Source: Escherichia coli (GTDB lineage: Bacteria > Pseudomonadota > Gammaproteobacteria > Enterobacterales > Enterobacteriaceae). Taken from it: a stretch of 64,000 nt of DNA. Below are positions 47,654 to 59,076 of the stretch, piece after piece (positions within the stretch are counted from its first letter, which is position 1; each line of letters opens with the position of its first letter). The stretch lies in the NCBI RefSeq assembly GCF_036507355.1, contig NZ_AP027877.1; one strand, 5' to 3'. Both the position numbers and the translations under genes were made by a program. Below the pieces are notes generated by a model, which saw only the letters and a list, made by a program, of their open reading frames with translations, was not told where the DNA came from and made no database searches.

Positions 47654-48421
47654 GGTGATGCTGCCAACTTACTGATTTAGTGTATGATGGTGTTTTTGAG
47701 GTGCTCCAGTGGCTTCTGTTTCTATCAGCTGTCCCTCCTGTTCAGCTACTGACGGGGTGGTGCGTAACGGCAAAAGCACCGCCGGACATCAGCGCTATCT
47801 CTGCTCTCACTGCCGTAAAACATGGCAACTGCAGTTCACTTACACCGCTTCTCAACCCGGTACGCACCAGAAAATCATTGATATGGCCATGAATGGCGTT
47901 GGATGCCGGGCAACAGCCCGCATTATGGGCGTTGGCCTCAACACGATTTTACGTCACTTAAAAAACTCAGGCCGCAGTCGGTAACCTCGCGCATACAGCC
48001 GGGCAGTGACGTCATCGTCTGCGCGGAAATGGACGAACAGTGGGGCTATGTCGGGGCTAAATCGCGCCAGCGCTGGCTGTTTTACGCGTATGACAGGCTC
48101 CGGAAGACGGTTGTTGCGCACGTATTCGGTGAACGCACGATGGCGACGCTGGGGCGTCTTATGAGCCTGCTGTCACCCTTTGACGTGGTGATATGGATGA
48201 CGGATGGCTGGCCGCTGTATGAATCCCGCCTGAAGGGAAAGCTGCACGTAATCAGCAAGCGATATACGCAGCGAATTGAGCGGCATAACCTGAATCTGAG
48301 GCAGCACCTGGCACGGCTGGGACGGAAGTCGCTGTCGTTCTCAAAATCGGTGGAGCTGCATGACAAAGTCATCGGGCATTATCTGAACATAAAACACTAT
48401 CAATAAGTTGGAGTCATTACC
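47654..48421 (+). mobile_element. IS1 insertion sequence, copy 2 (768 bp, no target-site duplication)
   Basis: Same sequence and orientation as copy 1 (identical InsA/InsB translations); flanks cccgggcag / gaggttttg do not match. Confidence 0.95.
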
Positions 48422-49239
48422 GAGGTTTTGTTATATATGTTGTTTCCAATATATTTTTCATTTGTCAAAATTTGATGTATTTTTGCACGAGTCCATAATG
48501 TTCCATTTTCTGCAGGTATGTTCTGTTCATTTAATCTCTCAGCAATAATGAATTCTGGGACGTTATTATCTATAAAGAGATCATATATTCTATTTACAAT
48601 TTTTATTTCATTTTTTGGTCCCGGAATTAATATTACCCTATCTGTTTGAATACTCTTTCTTTTGCGGAAACTCAATATTTCTTTAGCTATGCCATTTTCG
48701 TCTACTAAAAGACGTCTCAGCCCATAACCAGCCATACCGCCTTGATGATAACCAAGCTTTATTAAATTTACTTGCCCTATAAATACCTTTTCAGATAGAT
48801 TCCTGCTGTGATATGCAGCACTAGATCTTTTTATATTCAGTATAACAGAGGACTCTAAAGGGAAATCTTTAGTGGGTATAGGTTCGGAACAATATATAAG
48901 ATCTACACCATTTCTCTCAAATAGAAAGGAATAATATGCCGCTTCATCACTATTTTGAAAACGACCAAAACGGCTCACATCATAAAATAATACAGCCTGT
49001 ATATCTATTTTCTTTTGTTCTACATCGCTAAGTAACTGCTGCAAAGAATGCCTGCCTACGATACTGACTCCGCTCTTACCTGCATCATCGTAGGTATAAG
49101 CGATTTCCATATTGTTCTTTTCAGCATAATCTTTGATATATTCGGACTGATTATGTAAAGAATATTGCTGATGGTCGGTAGACATCCTCAAGTACTGCGC
49201 GACCCTAACTCTATGATTTTTTTCATTTTCGCTAGCCAT
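48422..49239 (-). pseudogene. Large serine recombinase, C-terminally truncated by IS1
   Basis: N-terminal resolvase catalytic motif VAQYLRMSTDHQ and following recombinase-domain sequence; ORF ends inside IS1 after ~272 codons; AT-rich. Confidence 0.7.
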
Positions 49240-49521
49240 GCACGAAACCTCATGGATGATTCAATACAATGTAGTGGATAAAATTGATCAAATTTTAACC
49301 GAATTCAACTGTTTTATCATTGATTAGAGCGAATTTGGTAGATCTTCGAGGTGTATGATAATCGAGAAGAGATGTGAATTATTTAGCTGATATGACCGAC
49401 AGCTTTCGTTATGTGGACTCAATGTCCCCATTTGTAAATGGCTATGCTTAGTCCACATAGGTTAATGGTGTGATTATTAATTCTTTAACTAAATCAAGAT
49501 AGTTAATCCATCATGGGAGAG

Positions 49522-50751
49522 TTATGCGGCAATAACTTTGCATTTTTGAGACGAAACATAGTCACTCCACCATTGCATGAGAACCACCCGTTCAGTGAGA
49601 TACTCTGCACGATTGTAGGCTGCAATTATTTCATCTTTCTTCGAGTGGGCAAGGGCGGCTTCTAAGACATCAGTCCTAAACTTGCCAGACTCCTCAGCAG
49701 CCGTTCTAGCAATGGATCGCATACCGTGAGCTACAAGCTCACCTCCGAAACCCATACGGATTATGGCCGCATTAGCTGTTTGTTCATGCATGTGATTGAG
49801 TGGAGCTTTGATACTGGGGAACACCCACTCTCTATGCCCGCTGATGACTTTCATTAAATCCAAAACTCGCAAAGCTTCTTTGCTCAGTGGAACTTTGTGA
49901 GGCTTCTTCATTTTCATAAACTCCGCCGGGATGTTCCACATGCCAGTTTCAATATCAATATCTGACCATCTTGTGCGAACAGCTTCACCTGGGCGAACCC
50001 ATGTGAGAAGTTGCCACTCAATCAGTAGCCTTGTTTCCAAACGGATAGAAGCATTGTTTAGAGCAACCAAGAAGCGAGGGAGTTCGGAAGGGGGTAATGC
50101 TGGCATATTCTGTTTTTTTGGCTTGCTGAACCGTTGCCCCAGGTTGTCTGCCGGGTTGAATTCTATGAGTTCTTCTGTTGCTGCATAGCGGAAAATTTCA
50201 TTCAGGCGGGATATGATGCGGCGAAGTGTTTCAAGGACACCTCGTTTTTCTATGGGTTCTAAATGCTGTTTAAGCATTTTAGGGCGAATCTCCTTAATTG
50301 GGGTATCACCCAATGTGGAAAAGATATTTCTCTCTAGGCTTCGCCAGATGTCGTTAGCATGATCTTGGGAGATGCCTGACGTTTTGACTTTCTCATCAAG
50401 CCACTTCTTGGCTACTGCTTGAAATGTATGTTCCGTGGCATCTTTCAGTGCATTGGCTTTTTGGTTGTTATGAACTTGGGGGTCTATACCATTTGTAAGC
50501 AACGACAAGTATTCATCACGTAAAGCTCGTGCCTTCGCAAGTGTAAGGTGAGGATAGGTTCCTAAGCTCACCTTAGTTCGCTTTTTGGTCACAGGCACTG
50601 CATATCTGAAATACCAATTTTTCTTCCCTCCCTTCGCCAGGGGAGCGATTCGCAACAGCAAACCATCGCCGTCAAAAAGGTTAACCTCTTTTTCGGCAGG
50701 TTTGGTGCTTTTGATTTCAGTGTCAGTGAGCTTCTTAGCGATTTTGGCCAT
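49522..50751 (-). CDS. P4-type tyrosine integrase adjacent to tmRNA
   Basis: ORF ...MAKIAKKLTDTEIKSTKPAEKEVNLFDGDGLLLRIAP...WYFRY...; C-terminal catalytic domain (HGMRSIARTAAEE); 166 bp from the ssrA 3' end. Confidence 0.88.
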   Translation of the reverse strand: MAKIAKKLTDTEIKSTKPAEKEVNLFDGDGLLLRIAPLAKGGKKNWYFRYAVPVTKKRTKVSLGTYPHLTLAKARALRDEYLSLLTNGIDPQVHNNQKANALKDATEHTFQAVAKKWLDEKVKTSGISQDHANDIWRSLERNIFSTLGDTPIKEIRPKMLKQHLEPIEKRGVLETLRRIISRLNEIFRYAATEELIEFNPADNLGQRFSKPKKQNMPALPPSELPRFLVALNNASIRLETRLLIEWQLLTWVRPGEAVRTRWSDIDIETGMWNIPAEFMKMKKPHKVPLSKEALRVLDLMKVISGHREWVFPSIKAPLNHMHEQTANAAIIRMGFGGELVAHGMRSIARTAAEESGKFRTDVLEAALAHSKKDEIIAAYNRAEYLTERVVLMQWWSDYVSSQKCKVIAA

Positions 50752-50917
50752 GTTTGGGACCCTCGATTTTAGGACCCATCTTCGTGGGTCCCATTCAGGG
50801 TGCCATAACTCGTAGTTCTCAGCAATTCTCACTAGACTACAATAGACGTAAAAAAGCCCGCAGAGCTTGTGCTGTGCGGGCTTAGTAGACTTTACTGAAC
50901 TTCAGTACATCAATATT

Positions 50918-51280
50918 TGGTGGAGCTGGCGGGAGTTGAACCCGCGTCCGAAATTCCTACATCCTCGGTACTACATGCTTAGTCAGTCTTTACATTCGCT
51001 TGCCAGCTGCGGACGGACACGCCACTAACAAACTAGCCTGATTAAGTTTTAACGCTTCAACCCCAGGCAGGGCTTCCACGCGATCTCTTTTGGGTTTGAC
51101 CTCTCTTGATCCCCGTCCTAAGAGCGGAGGCTAGGGAGAGAGGGCTCTAAGCAGGTTATTAAGCTGCTAAAGCGTAGTTTTCGTCGTTTGCGACTATTTT
51201 TTGCGGCTTTTTACGAGGCCAACCGCCCCTCGGCATGCACCTTGGGTTTCGCAAATCCCGTCGAATCCAGAATCAGCCCC
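50918..51280 (-). ncRNA. ssrA: tmRNA (SsrA)
   Basis: Minus-strand reading starts ggggctgattctggattcgacggg and ends gttcaactcccgccagctccacca; encodes tag peptide ANDENYALAA (gcaaacgacgaaaactacgctttagcagct); 363 nt. Confidence 0.95.
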
Positions 51281-51494
51281 AATGTGTAAAGGTAAGTATA
51301 CCAGATTTATGAGCGCCATGACCAGCCTCAATGGCGTTATCGTTAAAGATTTAGCACCCATGTAGCCTGATTTTTATTCGATTAAGCAATGGAATGGCAA
51401 CATTTGTGTCGGATGTGATAACCAATAAGATGTTCATTCGCGCCGCCGGAGAGGGAGGCGCGGTGAGGAACTGGTCAATAATTGGAGTGCAGGT

Positions 51495-51977
51495 TTAACG
51501 GTGGGCGTTTTTCATGATACGCGCTTTATCCACCTGCCATTCGCGCTCTTTGATATCTGAACGTTTATCGTGCTGTTTCTTACCTTTGGCGACGCCGATT
51601 TTCACTTTGCACCAGGCATTTTTCCAGTACAGGGAGAGCGCCACTACGGTATAGCCTTCTCGATTGACGCGACCGTACAATGAGTCCAGTTCGCGCTGGT
51701 TGAGAAGTAACTTGCGGGTACGGGTAGGATCGCACACCACATGCGTGGAGGCCACGGCCATTGGCGTGATGTTAGCGCCAAACAGAAATGCCTCTCCGTC
51801 ACGCAGAAGGACGTAGCTGTCGCTGATATTGGCTTTTCCTGCGCGCAGGGATTTAACTTCCCAGCCTTGCAGGGCAAGTCCCGCTTCGAACTCTTCTTCG
51901 ATAAAGTATTCGTGACGGGCGCGCTTGTTAAGCGCGATGGTCGCTGAACCAGGTTTATGTGCTTTTTTCTTCGTCAT
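51495..51977 (-). CDS. smpB: SsrA-binding protein SmpB
   Basis: 160-aa [47 protein letters not shown]... Confidence 0.96.
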
Positions 51978-52108
51978 AAGCGTCGTGAATCATCGGTAAT
52001 CTGAAATCGAAAACACCCCATATCAATCCTGCGGGGGACAAGGCTCTATCTTAGCATGAACCCGATGTTACCCAGCGCCGGGATAGCGTTTTTTTTACAG
52101 CAGGATAA

Positions 52109-52585
52109 ATGATATTATTTGTTGGATTTTTGTTGATGGAAATTGTTATGCCTCAGATTAGCCGGACCGCACTGGTACCCTACAGCGCGGAGCAAATGTA
52201 TCAGTTAGTGAATGACGTTCAGTCTTATCCTCAGTTTTTGCCGGGTTGTACCGGAAGTCGGATTCTGGAGTCCACTCCTGGGCAGATGACTGCGGCGGTA
52301 GATGTCTCTAAGGCTGGGATCAGCAAAACGTTTACTACCCGCAACCAGTTGACCAGTAACCAAAGTATTCTTATGAATCTGGTGGATGGGCCGTTCAAGA
52401 AATTGATCGGTGGATGGAAGTTTACGCCGCTGAGCCAGGAGGCGTGTCGTATCGAGTTTCATCTCGACTTTGAGTTTACCAATAAGTTGATTGAACTCGC
52501 CTTTGGCCGCGTGTTTAAAGAGCTGGCGGCTAATATGGTCCAGGCTTTTACGGTTCGTGCGAAAGAGGTTTACAGTGCCAGGTAA
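52109..52585 (+). CDS. ratA: Ribosome association toxin RatA (SRPBCC family)
   Basis: 158-aa ORF; conserved core from [24 protein letters not shown]... Confidence 0.88.
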   Translation: MILFVGFLLMEIVMPQISRTALVPYSAEQMYQLVNDVQSYPQFLPGCTGSRILESTPGQMTAAVDVSKAGISKTFTTRNQLTSNQSILMNLVDGPFKKLIGGWKFTPLSQEACRIEFHLDFEFTNKLIELAFGRVFKELAANMVQAFTVRAKEVYSAR

Positions 52586-52865
52586 AATTGCCGTTGAGGT
52601 GGCTTATGCGCTACCTGAGAAGCAGTACCTGCAGCGCGTGACGCTGCAGGAGGGCGCGACGGTTGAAGAAGCTATTCGCGCCAGTGGTTTGCTGGAATTG
52701 CGGACCGATATCGATTTAACTAAAAACAAAGTCGGCATTTACAGCCGTCCGGCAAAACTAAGCGATAGTGTGCATGATGGCGATCGGGTGGAGATTTATC
52801 GCCCTCTCATTGCCGATCCGAAAGAGCTTCGCAGGCAACGAGCAGAAAAATCAGCGAATAAATAA
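52575..52865 (+). CDS. ratB: UPF0125 protein RatB (YfjF)
   Basis: GTG-initiated ~96-codon [40 protein letters not shown]... overlapping the ratA 3' end. Confidence 0.75.
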
Positions 52866-52925
52866 CGGACAGAAAAAGGTGCTCATTGAGCACCTTTTTT
52901 AACGTCTTTGAGAGCAACTTTACTA

Positions 52926-53267
52926 TTAGTTACCACTCAGCGCAGGTTTGTTATCAATATTGGTCAACACACCGCTACTGTTAAAGGTTAGCGTCAGCGT
53001 TTGCTGCGTTACACCTTCATGACCTGGTTGCTGGCGGAAGACATAGAACCAGGTATTCGTACCAAATGGATCGGACATCAGCGGTGTACCCAATGCGTAC
53101 GCAACTTGTTGTTGCGTCATGCCAACACGTATTTTGGATACGTCGTTAGCGGTCAGATAGTTCCCCTGGTTGATGTCAGGACGGTAAACCACTCGCTCCA
53201 GAGTGGAACAGCCTGCGGTCAACATCAATAGTACTGCTGCTGCAGCAGTCAGCGTTTTACAGCGCAT
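52926..53267 (-). CDS. bamE: Outer membrane protein assembly factor BamE
   Basis: 113-aa lipoprotein ORF with lipobox LTAGC. Confidence 0.93.
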
Positions 53268-53415
53268 AGTGATTTGATTCCTTTTCGGGCCCGAGCAGTA
53301 CGTGGCTCATCTGTAATATGCCGATGATAATAGACCTTTCATCACTTTAAAACCTTTTGCTTTCCGGTCTTACGGCGTTTTGCTGTTTACTCTGACCGTG
53401 AAGCAGGAAAAAAGT

Positions 53416-55077
53416 TTACGCCGCAAGCAGTTCTTTCGCATTCGCCAGTGTGTTACGTGTGACTTCACTGCCACCAAGCAGGCGCGCCAGCTCTTGTAAC
53501 CGCGCTTTTTTATCCAGAGATTGCATATGCGTTTCTGTCATCGCACCATCGGTTTCTTTGCTGACAAAATAGTGTTGATGACCACATCCCGCGACTTGTG
53601 GCAGGTGGGTAACACACATCACCTGAGTCGATTCGCCGAGTTGACGCAGCAGTTTGCCGACAACTGCCGCTGTTGGACCGCTAATCCCTACATCCACTTC
53701 ATCAAAAATCAGTGCCGGGGTTTCCATTTTACGCGCCGTGATAACCTGGATTGCCAGTGCGATGCGGGACAATTCACCACCGGATGCGACTTTGGCAATA
53801 GGCTGCATTGGCTGACCTGGGTTGGTGGTTACCCGAAACTCAATACGATCGGCACCGTCAGCGCCCAGGTGATGCTCGTCAAATTTAACATCGATCGTAA
53901 ACTGCCCATGCGGCATTGAGAGCGCATGCATACTGTCGGTGATCAGCTGTGCAAGTTCTTCTGCATATTGCTGGCGTTGTTGGTGTAATGCGCGCGCGGT
54001 TTCCAGTGCCTGCTGATGATGTTTCGTTACCGCCAGCGCGAGCGTTTCTTGTGAGTCGGCCTGATCGTCCAGTTGCTGCTGTTCTTCCAGTAGCGACTGG
54101 TAATACTGTGGTAATGCCTCAGGGCTGACGTGATGTTTACGTGCCAGCGAAATCTGTTTTGAGATGCGTTGTTCAAGTTCAAACAGCCGGTTGGGATCGA
54201 GATCCAAACGATCGCAGTAGTGGCGCAGTTCGTCGCTGGCTTCAGCAATCTGGATGGTAGCTTCTTCCAGCATATCAAGTACGCCGGACAGTTTGCTGTC
54301 CATGCCAATCAATTCGCTCACCAGTTGTTTAGCCGTGTAAAGCTGACTTTGCAGGTTTGCGTCTTCACCGTCGGCCATTAATGCCAATGCATTCTGGCTG
54401 GTGGTCAGCAATTGACCGCTGTTCGCCAGACGTTTGTACTCTTCGTCGATTTGCTCAAACTCTCCGGGCTGCGGATTAAATTCGTTAAGTTCTTTTAATT
54501 GGTATTGCAGCAGTTCCGCACGGGCAGCGCGTTCCTGACTTAACTGTTGATGATGCGCGAGGTCACGGCAGCTTTGATGCCACAACTGATAACGTGCGGT
54601 CATTTCCTGAAGTAGAGAGGTTTCATTGGCATAGCCATCAAGCAGGAATTTTTGGTGCTCGGGTTTGGTGAGTAACTGATGAGCGTGCTGACCATGGATC
54701 TGAATCAGCAACTGACCCAGTTCGCGCAGTTGTGACAGAGGAACAGCTGTACCGTTGATGAAACCACGGGAGCGACCATCGCTGCTGATCACGCGACGAA
54801 GCAAACATTCATGCCCGTCTTCAAGCTGGTTTTCTTCCAGCCAGCGCAGAGCCGCTGGCGTATCTTTCAGAGAAAAACGGGCGCACAGGTCAGCGCGAGC
54901 AGCGCCGGTACGCACCATGTCGGCTTCAGCGCGACCACCGAGACAAAGACCGAGGGCATCTATTGCAATAGATTTACCCGCGCCGGTCTCGCCAGTTATT
55001 ACGGTCATGCCGCTATGAAAATCAATCTCAAGCTCACGAACGATAGCAAAGTTGCTGATGGTCAGTTGTGCCAACAT
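53416..55077 (-). CDS. recN: DNA repair protein RecN
   Basis: 553-aa SMC-like ORF with Walker A GETGAGKS. Confidence 0.96.
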   Translation of the reverse strand: MLAQLTISNFAIVRELEIDFHSGMTVITGETGAGKSIAIDALGLCLGGRAEADMVRTGAARADLCARFSLKDTPAALRWLEENQLEDGHECLLRRVISSDGRSRGFINGTAVPLSQLRELGQLLIQIHGQHAHQLLTKPEHQKFLLDGYANETSLLQEMTARYQLWHQSCRDLAHHQQLSQERAARAELLQYQLKELNEFNPQPGEFEQIDEEYKRLANSGQLLTTSQNALALMADGEDANLQSQLYTAKQLVSELIGMDSKLSGVLDMLEEATIQIAEASDELRHYCDRLDLDPNRLFELEQRISKQISLARKHHVSPEALPQYYQSLLEEQQQLDDQADSQETLALAVTKHHQQALETARALHQQRQQYAEELAQLITDSMHALSMPHGQFTIDVKFDEHHLGADGADRIEFRVTTNPGQPMQPIAKVASGGELSRIALAIQVITARKMETPALIFDEVDVGISGPTAAVVGKLLRQLGESTQVMCVTHLPQVAGCGHQHYFVSKETDGAMTETHMQSLDKKARLQELARLLGGSEVTRNTLANAKELLAA

Positions 55078-55103
55078 AGTTGTTTTCCTGTATGAAAAAC
55101 CAT

Positions 55104-55145
55104 TACTGTTATTGTGTACAGTATAAACTGGTTTTATATACAGTA
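55104..55145 (-). promoter_or_regulatory. Tandem LexA operators (SOS boxes) in the recN promoter
   Basis: tactgttattgtgtacagta (CTGT-N8-ACAG) and aactggttttatatacagta (CTGG-N8-ACAG) immediately upstream of recN. Confidence 0.8.
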
Positions 55146-55162
55146 AAGAGGCTGGCGTAAAA

Positions 55163-56041
55163 TTAGAATAATTTTTTTGACCAGCCGAGCTTGGTGCTTA
55201 ATGTATTGAAATAACTGTAATCTTTCGGATGAATCAGATTCAGATGGTAATCACAGCGACGAATCAGGACATCTTCACCTTCCTGAATCGGCAGTGCTAT
55301 CTGGCTGTCGCAACTGATTTCCAGGTCGTTACGGCGATGCGAAAAACGCAGACGGATCGTGCTGCTGCTGTTTATGACCAGTGGTCGTGCTGACAACGTA
55401 TGCGGGAACATGGGCACCAGGGTAATCGCATCCAGAGAGGGGGTCAGAATAGGACCGCCCGCAGAGAGGGAATAGGCGGTGGAGCCTGTTGGCGTCGAAA
55501 TAATTAGCCCATCAGATCGCTGAGAAAACGCAAAGATCTCGTCGATATACACTTCGAACTCTATCATATGCGCCACTTTGCCTGGATGAAGTACCACTTC
55601 ATTTATCGCGGTGCTGATGCGCTTTTGGCAATCTTGCTGACAGACTTGCGCTTCCAGCAAAAAACGTTTCTCGCTGATGTAGTGACCTTCCAGCACATCG
55701 GCTAATTGTTGCTGGGCGTTATCGGGGTCAAGGTCAGTCAGGAAACCCAGGTTGCCACGGTTGATTCCAATAACTTTAATATCGTAACGGGCGAGCGTGC
55801 GCGCCGCGCCCAGCATATTACCGTCGCCGCCAACGACTACCGCGAGATCAGCCAGTTGCCCAATCTCCGCGAGCGTGCCAGTTTTCACATTCTTCAGTTG
55901 CAGTTCGTGAGCGATTTGTTGCTCAACGATGACCTCGTAACCTTTTGTGCACAGCCAGCGGTAGAGCATTTCATGTGTTGTCAGTGCAGTAGGGTGCCGT
56001 GGGTGTCCCACAATGCCAATACACTTGAAATGATTATTCAT
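55163..56041 (-). CDS. nadK: NAD kinase
   Basis: 292-aa ORF with GGDGN motif. Confidence 0.95.
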
Positions 56042-56130
56042 TTTTCCGAGGTCCTTGTTGCGAAGATTGATGACAATGTGAGTGCTTCCCTTGAAACCCT
56101 GAAACTGATCCCCATAATAAGCGAAGTTAG

Positions 56131-56757
<627 letters not shown>

Positions 56758-56780
56758 TTTCTGTTTTCGTAATAATTCAC

Positions 56781-56811
56781 GGCCCTGCATGCGAATGCAG
56801 GGCCGTTTTCG
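56781..56811 (+). terminator. Rho-independent terminator after grpE
   Basis: ggccctgcatgcgaatgcagggcc hairpin followed by gttttcg. Confidence 0.75.
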
Positions 56812-58074
56812 TTACTCCGCCACACTCTCGCGCAGCGGTTTCACAGGAAAAACTTTTACCTGCTTAATCATATTGTCCTGTACGTCGAGAATATCTATAT
56901 CGTACTCGCCAATACGCACGCGGGTGCCTGCGACAGGGATCTCTTCCAGTGCCTCAAGAATGACGCCATTAACCGTGCGGGCATCATCTTCCGGTAGATG
57001 CCAGTTAAAGGCTTTGTTGATTTCCCGCACGTTGGCGGTGCCATCGATAATCACCGAACCGTCGTTTTGCGGCGTGACCTCTTCGGCAAGTGTTGGCGAC
57101 ATCGACGTAGTGAAATCGCCGACAATCTCTTCCAGAATATCTTCAACCGTCACCAGCCCCTGAATGTCTCCATACTCGTTGACGACCAGGCCGACTTTCT
57201 TTTTGTTGCGCTGAAACTTTACCAACTGCGTGCTGAGCGGCGTACCTTCCGGCACAAAATAGATCTCGTCTGCGGCGCGTAGCATGGTTTCTTTGGTGAA
57301 CTCTTTTTTCTCCGACATCAACCGCCAGGCTTCACGTACTCGCAGCATACTGATGGCGTCGTCCAGCGAATCACGGTAGAGCACGATGCGCCCGTGAGGT
57401 GAGTGGGAGAGTTGGCGCAGAATAGATTTCCAGTCATCGTTGATATCAATACCGATAATTTCACTGCGCGGCACCATGATGTCATCAACGGTCATTTTTT
57501 CCAGATCGAGCACCGACAGCAGCATATCCTGATTGCGACGGGAAATTTGTGAGCGTGATTCGTGCACGATAGTGCGCAACTCTTCTTTGCTCAAAGAGCC
57601 GCTAACCACGATATCGGTTTTGATACCCATCATGCGCATCAGCATACGGGTGATAGCATTCAGCAACCAGACCAGCGGCATCATCAAAATTTGCAGCGGA
57701 GCCAGCAGAAAACTACTCGGATAAGCGACTTTTTCCGGGTACAGCGCGGCAATGGTTTTCGGCAATACCTCAGCAAATACCAGTACGACAAAAGTCAGCA
57801 CACCAGTCGCAATTGCCACGCCTGCATCACCGTACAAACGCATCCCAACAATAGTGCCGAGCGCGGAGGCAAGAATATTGACCAGGTTATTGCCGATTAA
57901 CACCAGGCTTATCAGGCGGTCTGGCTTACGCAGCAATTTTTCGACGCGTTTGGCCGAGCGATTACCCTGTTTCGCCATATGTCGCAGACGATAGCGGTTG
58001 AGGGTCATCATTCCGGTTTCGGACCCGGAAAAATAGGCTGAAATGACCACCATGATGATCAGAATAATGATCAA
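56812..58074 (-). CDS. yfjD: CorC/HlyC-family membrane protein with DUF21 and CBS domains (YfjD)
   Basis: 420-aa ORF with N-terminal TM region then CBS pair and CorC_HlyC-like C-terminus. Confidence 0.88.
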   Translation of the reverse strand: MIIILIIMVVISAYFSGSETGMMTLNRYRLRHMAKQGNRSAKRVEKLLRKPDRLISLVLIGNNLVNILASALGTIVGMRLYGDAGVAIATGVLTFVVLVFAEVLPKTIAALYPEKVAYPSSFLLAPLQILMMPLVWLLNAITRMLMRMMGIKTDIVVSGSLSKEELRTIVHESRSQISRRNQDMLLSVLDLEKMTVDDIMVPRSEIIGIDINDDWKSILRQLSHSPHGRIVLYRDSLDDAISMLRVREAWRLMSEKKEFTKETMLRAADEIYFVPEGTPLSTQLVKFQRNKKKVGLVVNEYGDIQGLVTVEDILEEIVGDFTTSMSPTLAEEVTPQNDGSVIIDGTANVREINKAFNWHLPEDDARTVNGVILEALEEIPVAGTRVRIGEYDIDILDVQDNMIKQVKVFPVKPLRESVAE

Positions 58075-58118
58075 CGTAGTAGTAGAAATGTGTTCCAGGG
58101 GAAACTCCTTTTCTGGGT

Positions 58119-58910
58119 TTAGCTGATTAACTGCTGGACAATTCGGCTGCCGAAGTAGGCCAGTGTCAGAATAACTGCACCCGCAACGTTAAACCAGACG
58201 ACGCGGCGTCCACGCCATCCTTCATGATAATGTCCCCACAGCAGCACAATATAGACAAACCACGCCACGATAGAGAGCACAGCCTTGTCGATATTTTCCA
58301 TGCTAAATAAGTTGTGCATGTAGAACAGGCCAGTGCAAAGCGTGAGCGTTAGCAGCACCACGCCAATCTGCGTGATGTGGAACATTTTACGCTCGATACT
58401 CATCAATGGCGGCATTTCCTGGTTAAACGCCAGCTTCTTGTTCTTCAGTTGGTAATCAATCCACGCCAGTTGCAGCGCGTACAGGGCGGCGATAATTAGC
58501 GTGGCATAGGAAAAGAGCGATAAGCCAATGTGCACCAGCATCCCAGGCGTAGCTTCCAGATGGGTGATGTATTCATTGGGCATGAAGGTCGCCAGCGCCA
58601 GGTTGATAAGTGCAAAGGCATAGACAATGGGTAGCAGCAACCAGCCACGATTGCGAGAAGCCACAATGGTCATTACCGTACAGATCATCAAACTGACCAA
58701 TGAACCAACGTTCAGCAGGCTGAGGTTTTGTCCGCTATCACCGTCGGGCAGGATGCGGGCTTCCAGAGCGATTGCGTGGCAGACCAGCGCAATGACCGCA
58801 GAAATAATAGCCATGCGCCGCCAGCCGCCGTTTTTTTGCAGCAGACCGGGAACAATCAGCGCAAGACTGACGGAGTAGGCGACAAGCGCGAGCAGAGCAA
58901 AAACGGGCAT
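58119..58910 (-). CDS. ypjD: Cytochrome c assembly-family inner membrane protein YpjD
   Basis: Polytopic membrane ORF; start placed at MPVFALLALVAYSVSLALIVPGLL. Confidence 0.85.
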   Translation of the reverse strand: MPVFALLALVAYSVSLALIVPGLLQKNGGWRRMAIISAVIALVCHAIALEARILPDGDSGQNLSLLNVGSLVSLMICTVMTIVASRNRGWLLLPIVYAFALINLALATFMPNEYITHLEATPGMLVHIGLSLFSYATLIIAALYALQLAWIDYQLKNKKLAFNQEMPPLMSIERKMFHITQIGVVLLTLTLCTGLFYMHNLFSMENIDKAVLSIVAWFVYIVLLWGHYHEGWRGRRVVWFNVAGAVILTLAYFGSRIVQQLIS

Positions 58911-59076
58911 AGTAATGTCGACAGTTTGAGCAATAAGAAAGAGAAGCAGTATAGCGTCAGGTGAACGCTGCTCCAACCGTTGCATAACAACAAAGACGCC
59001 TTCATGTTATACTGCGGCAAAATACTGATGATGTGTCGCGATTGCGGCCAACCGTTTCCACCCCAGGCGAGAGACA

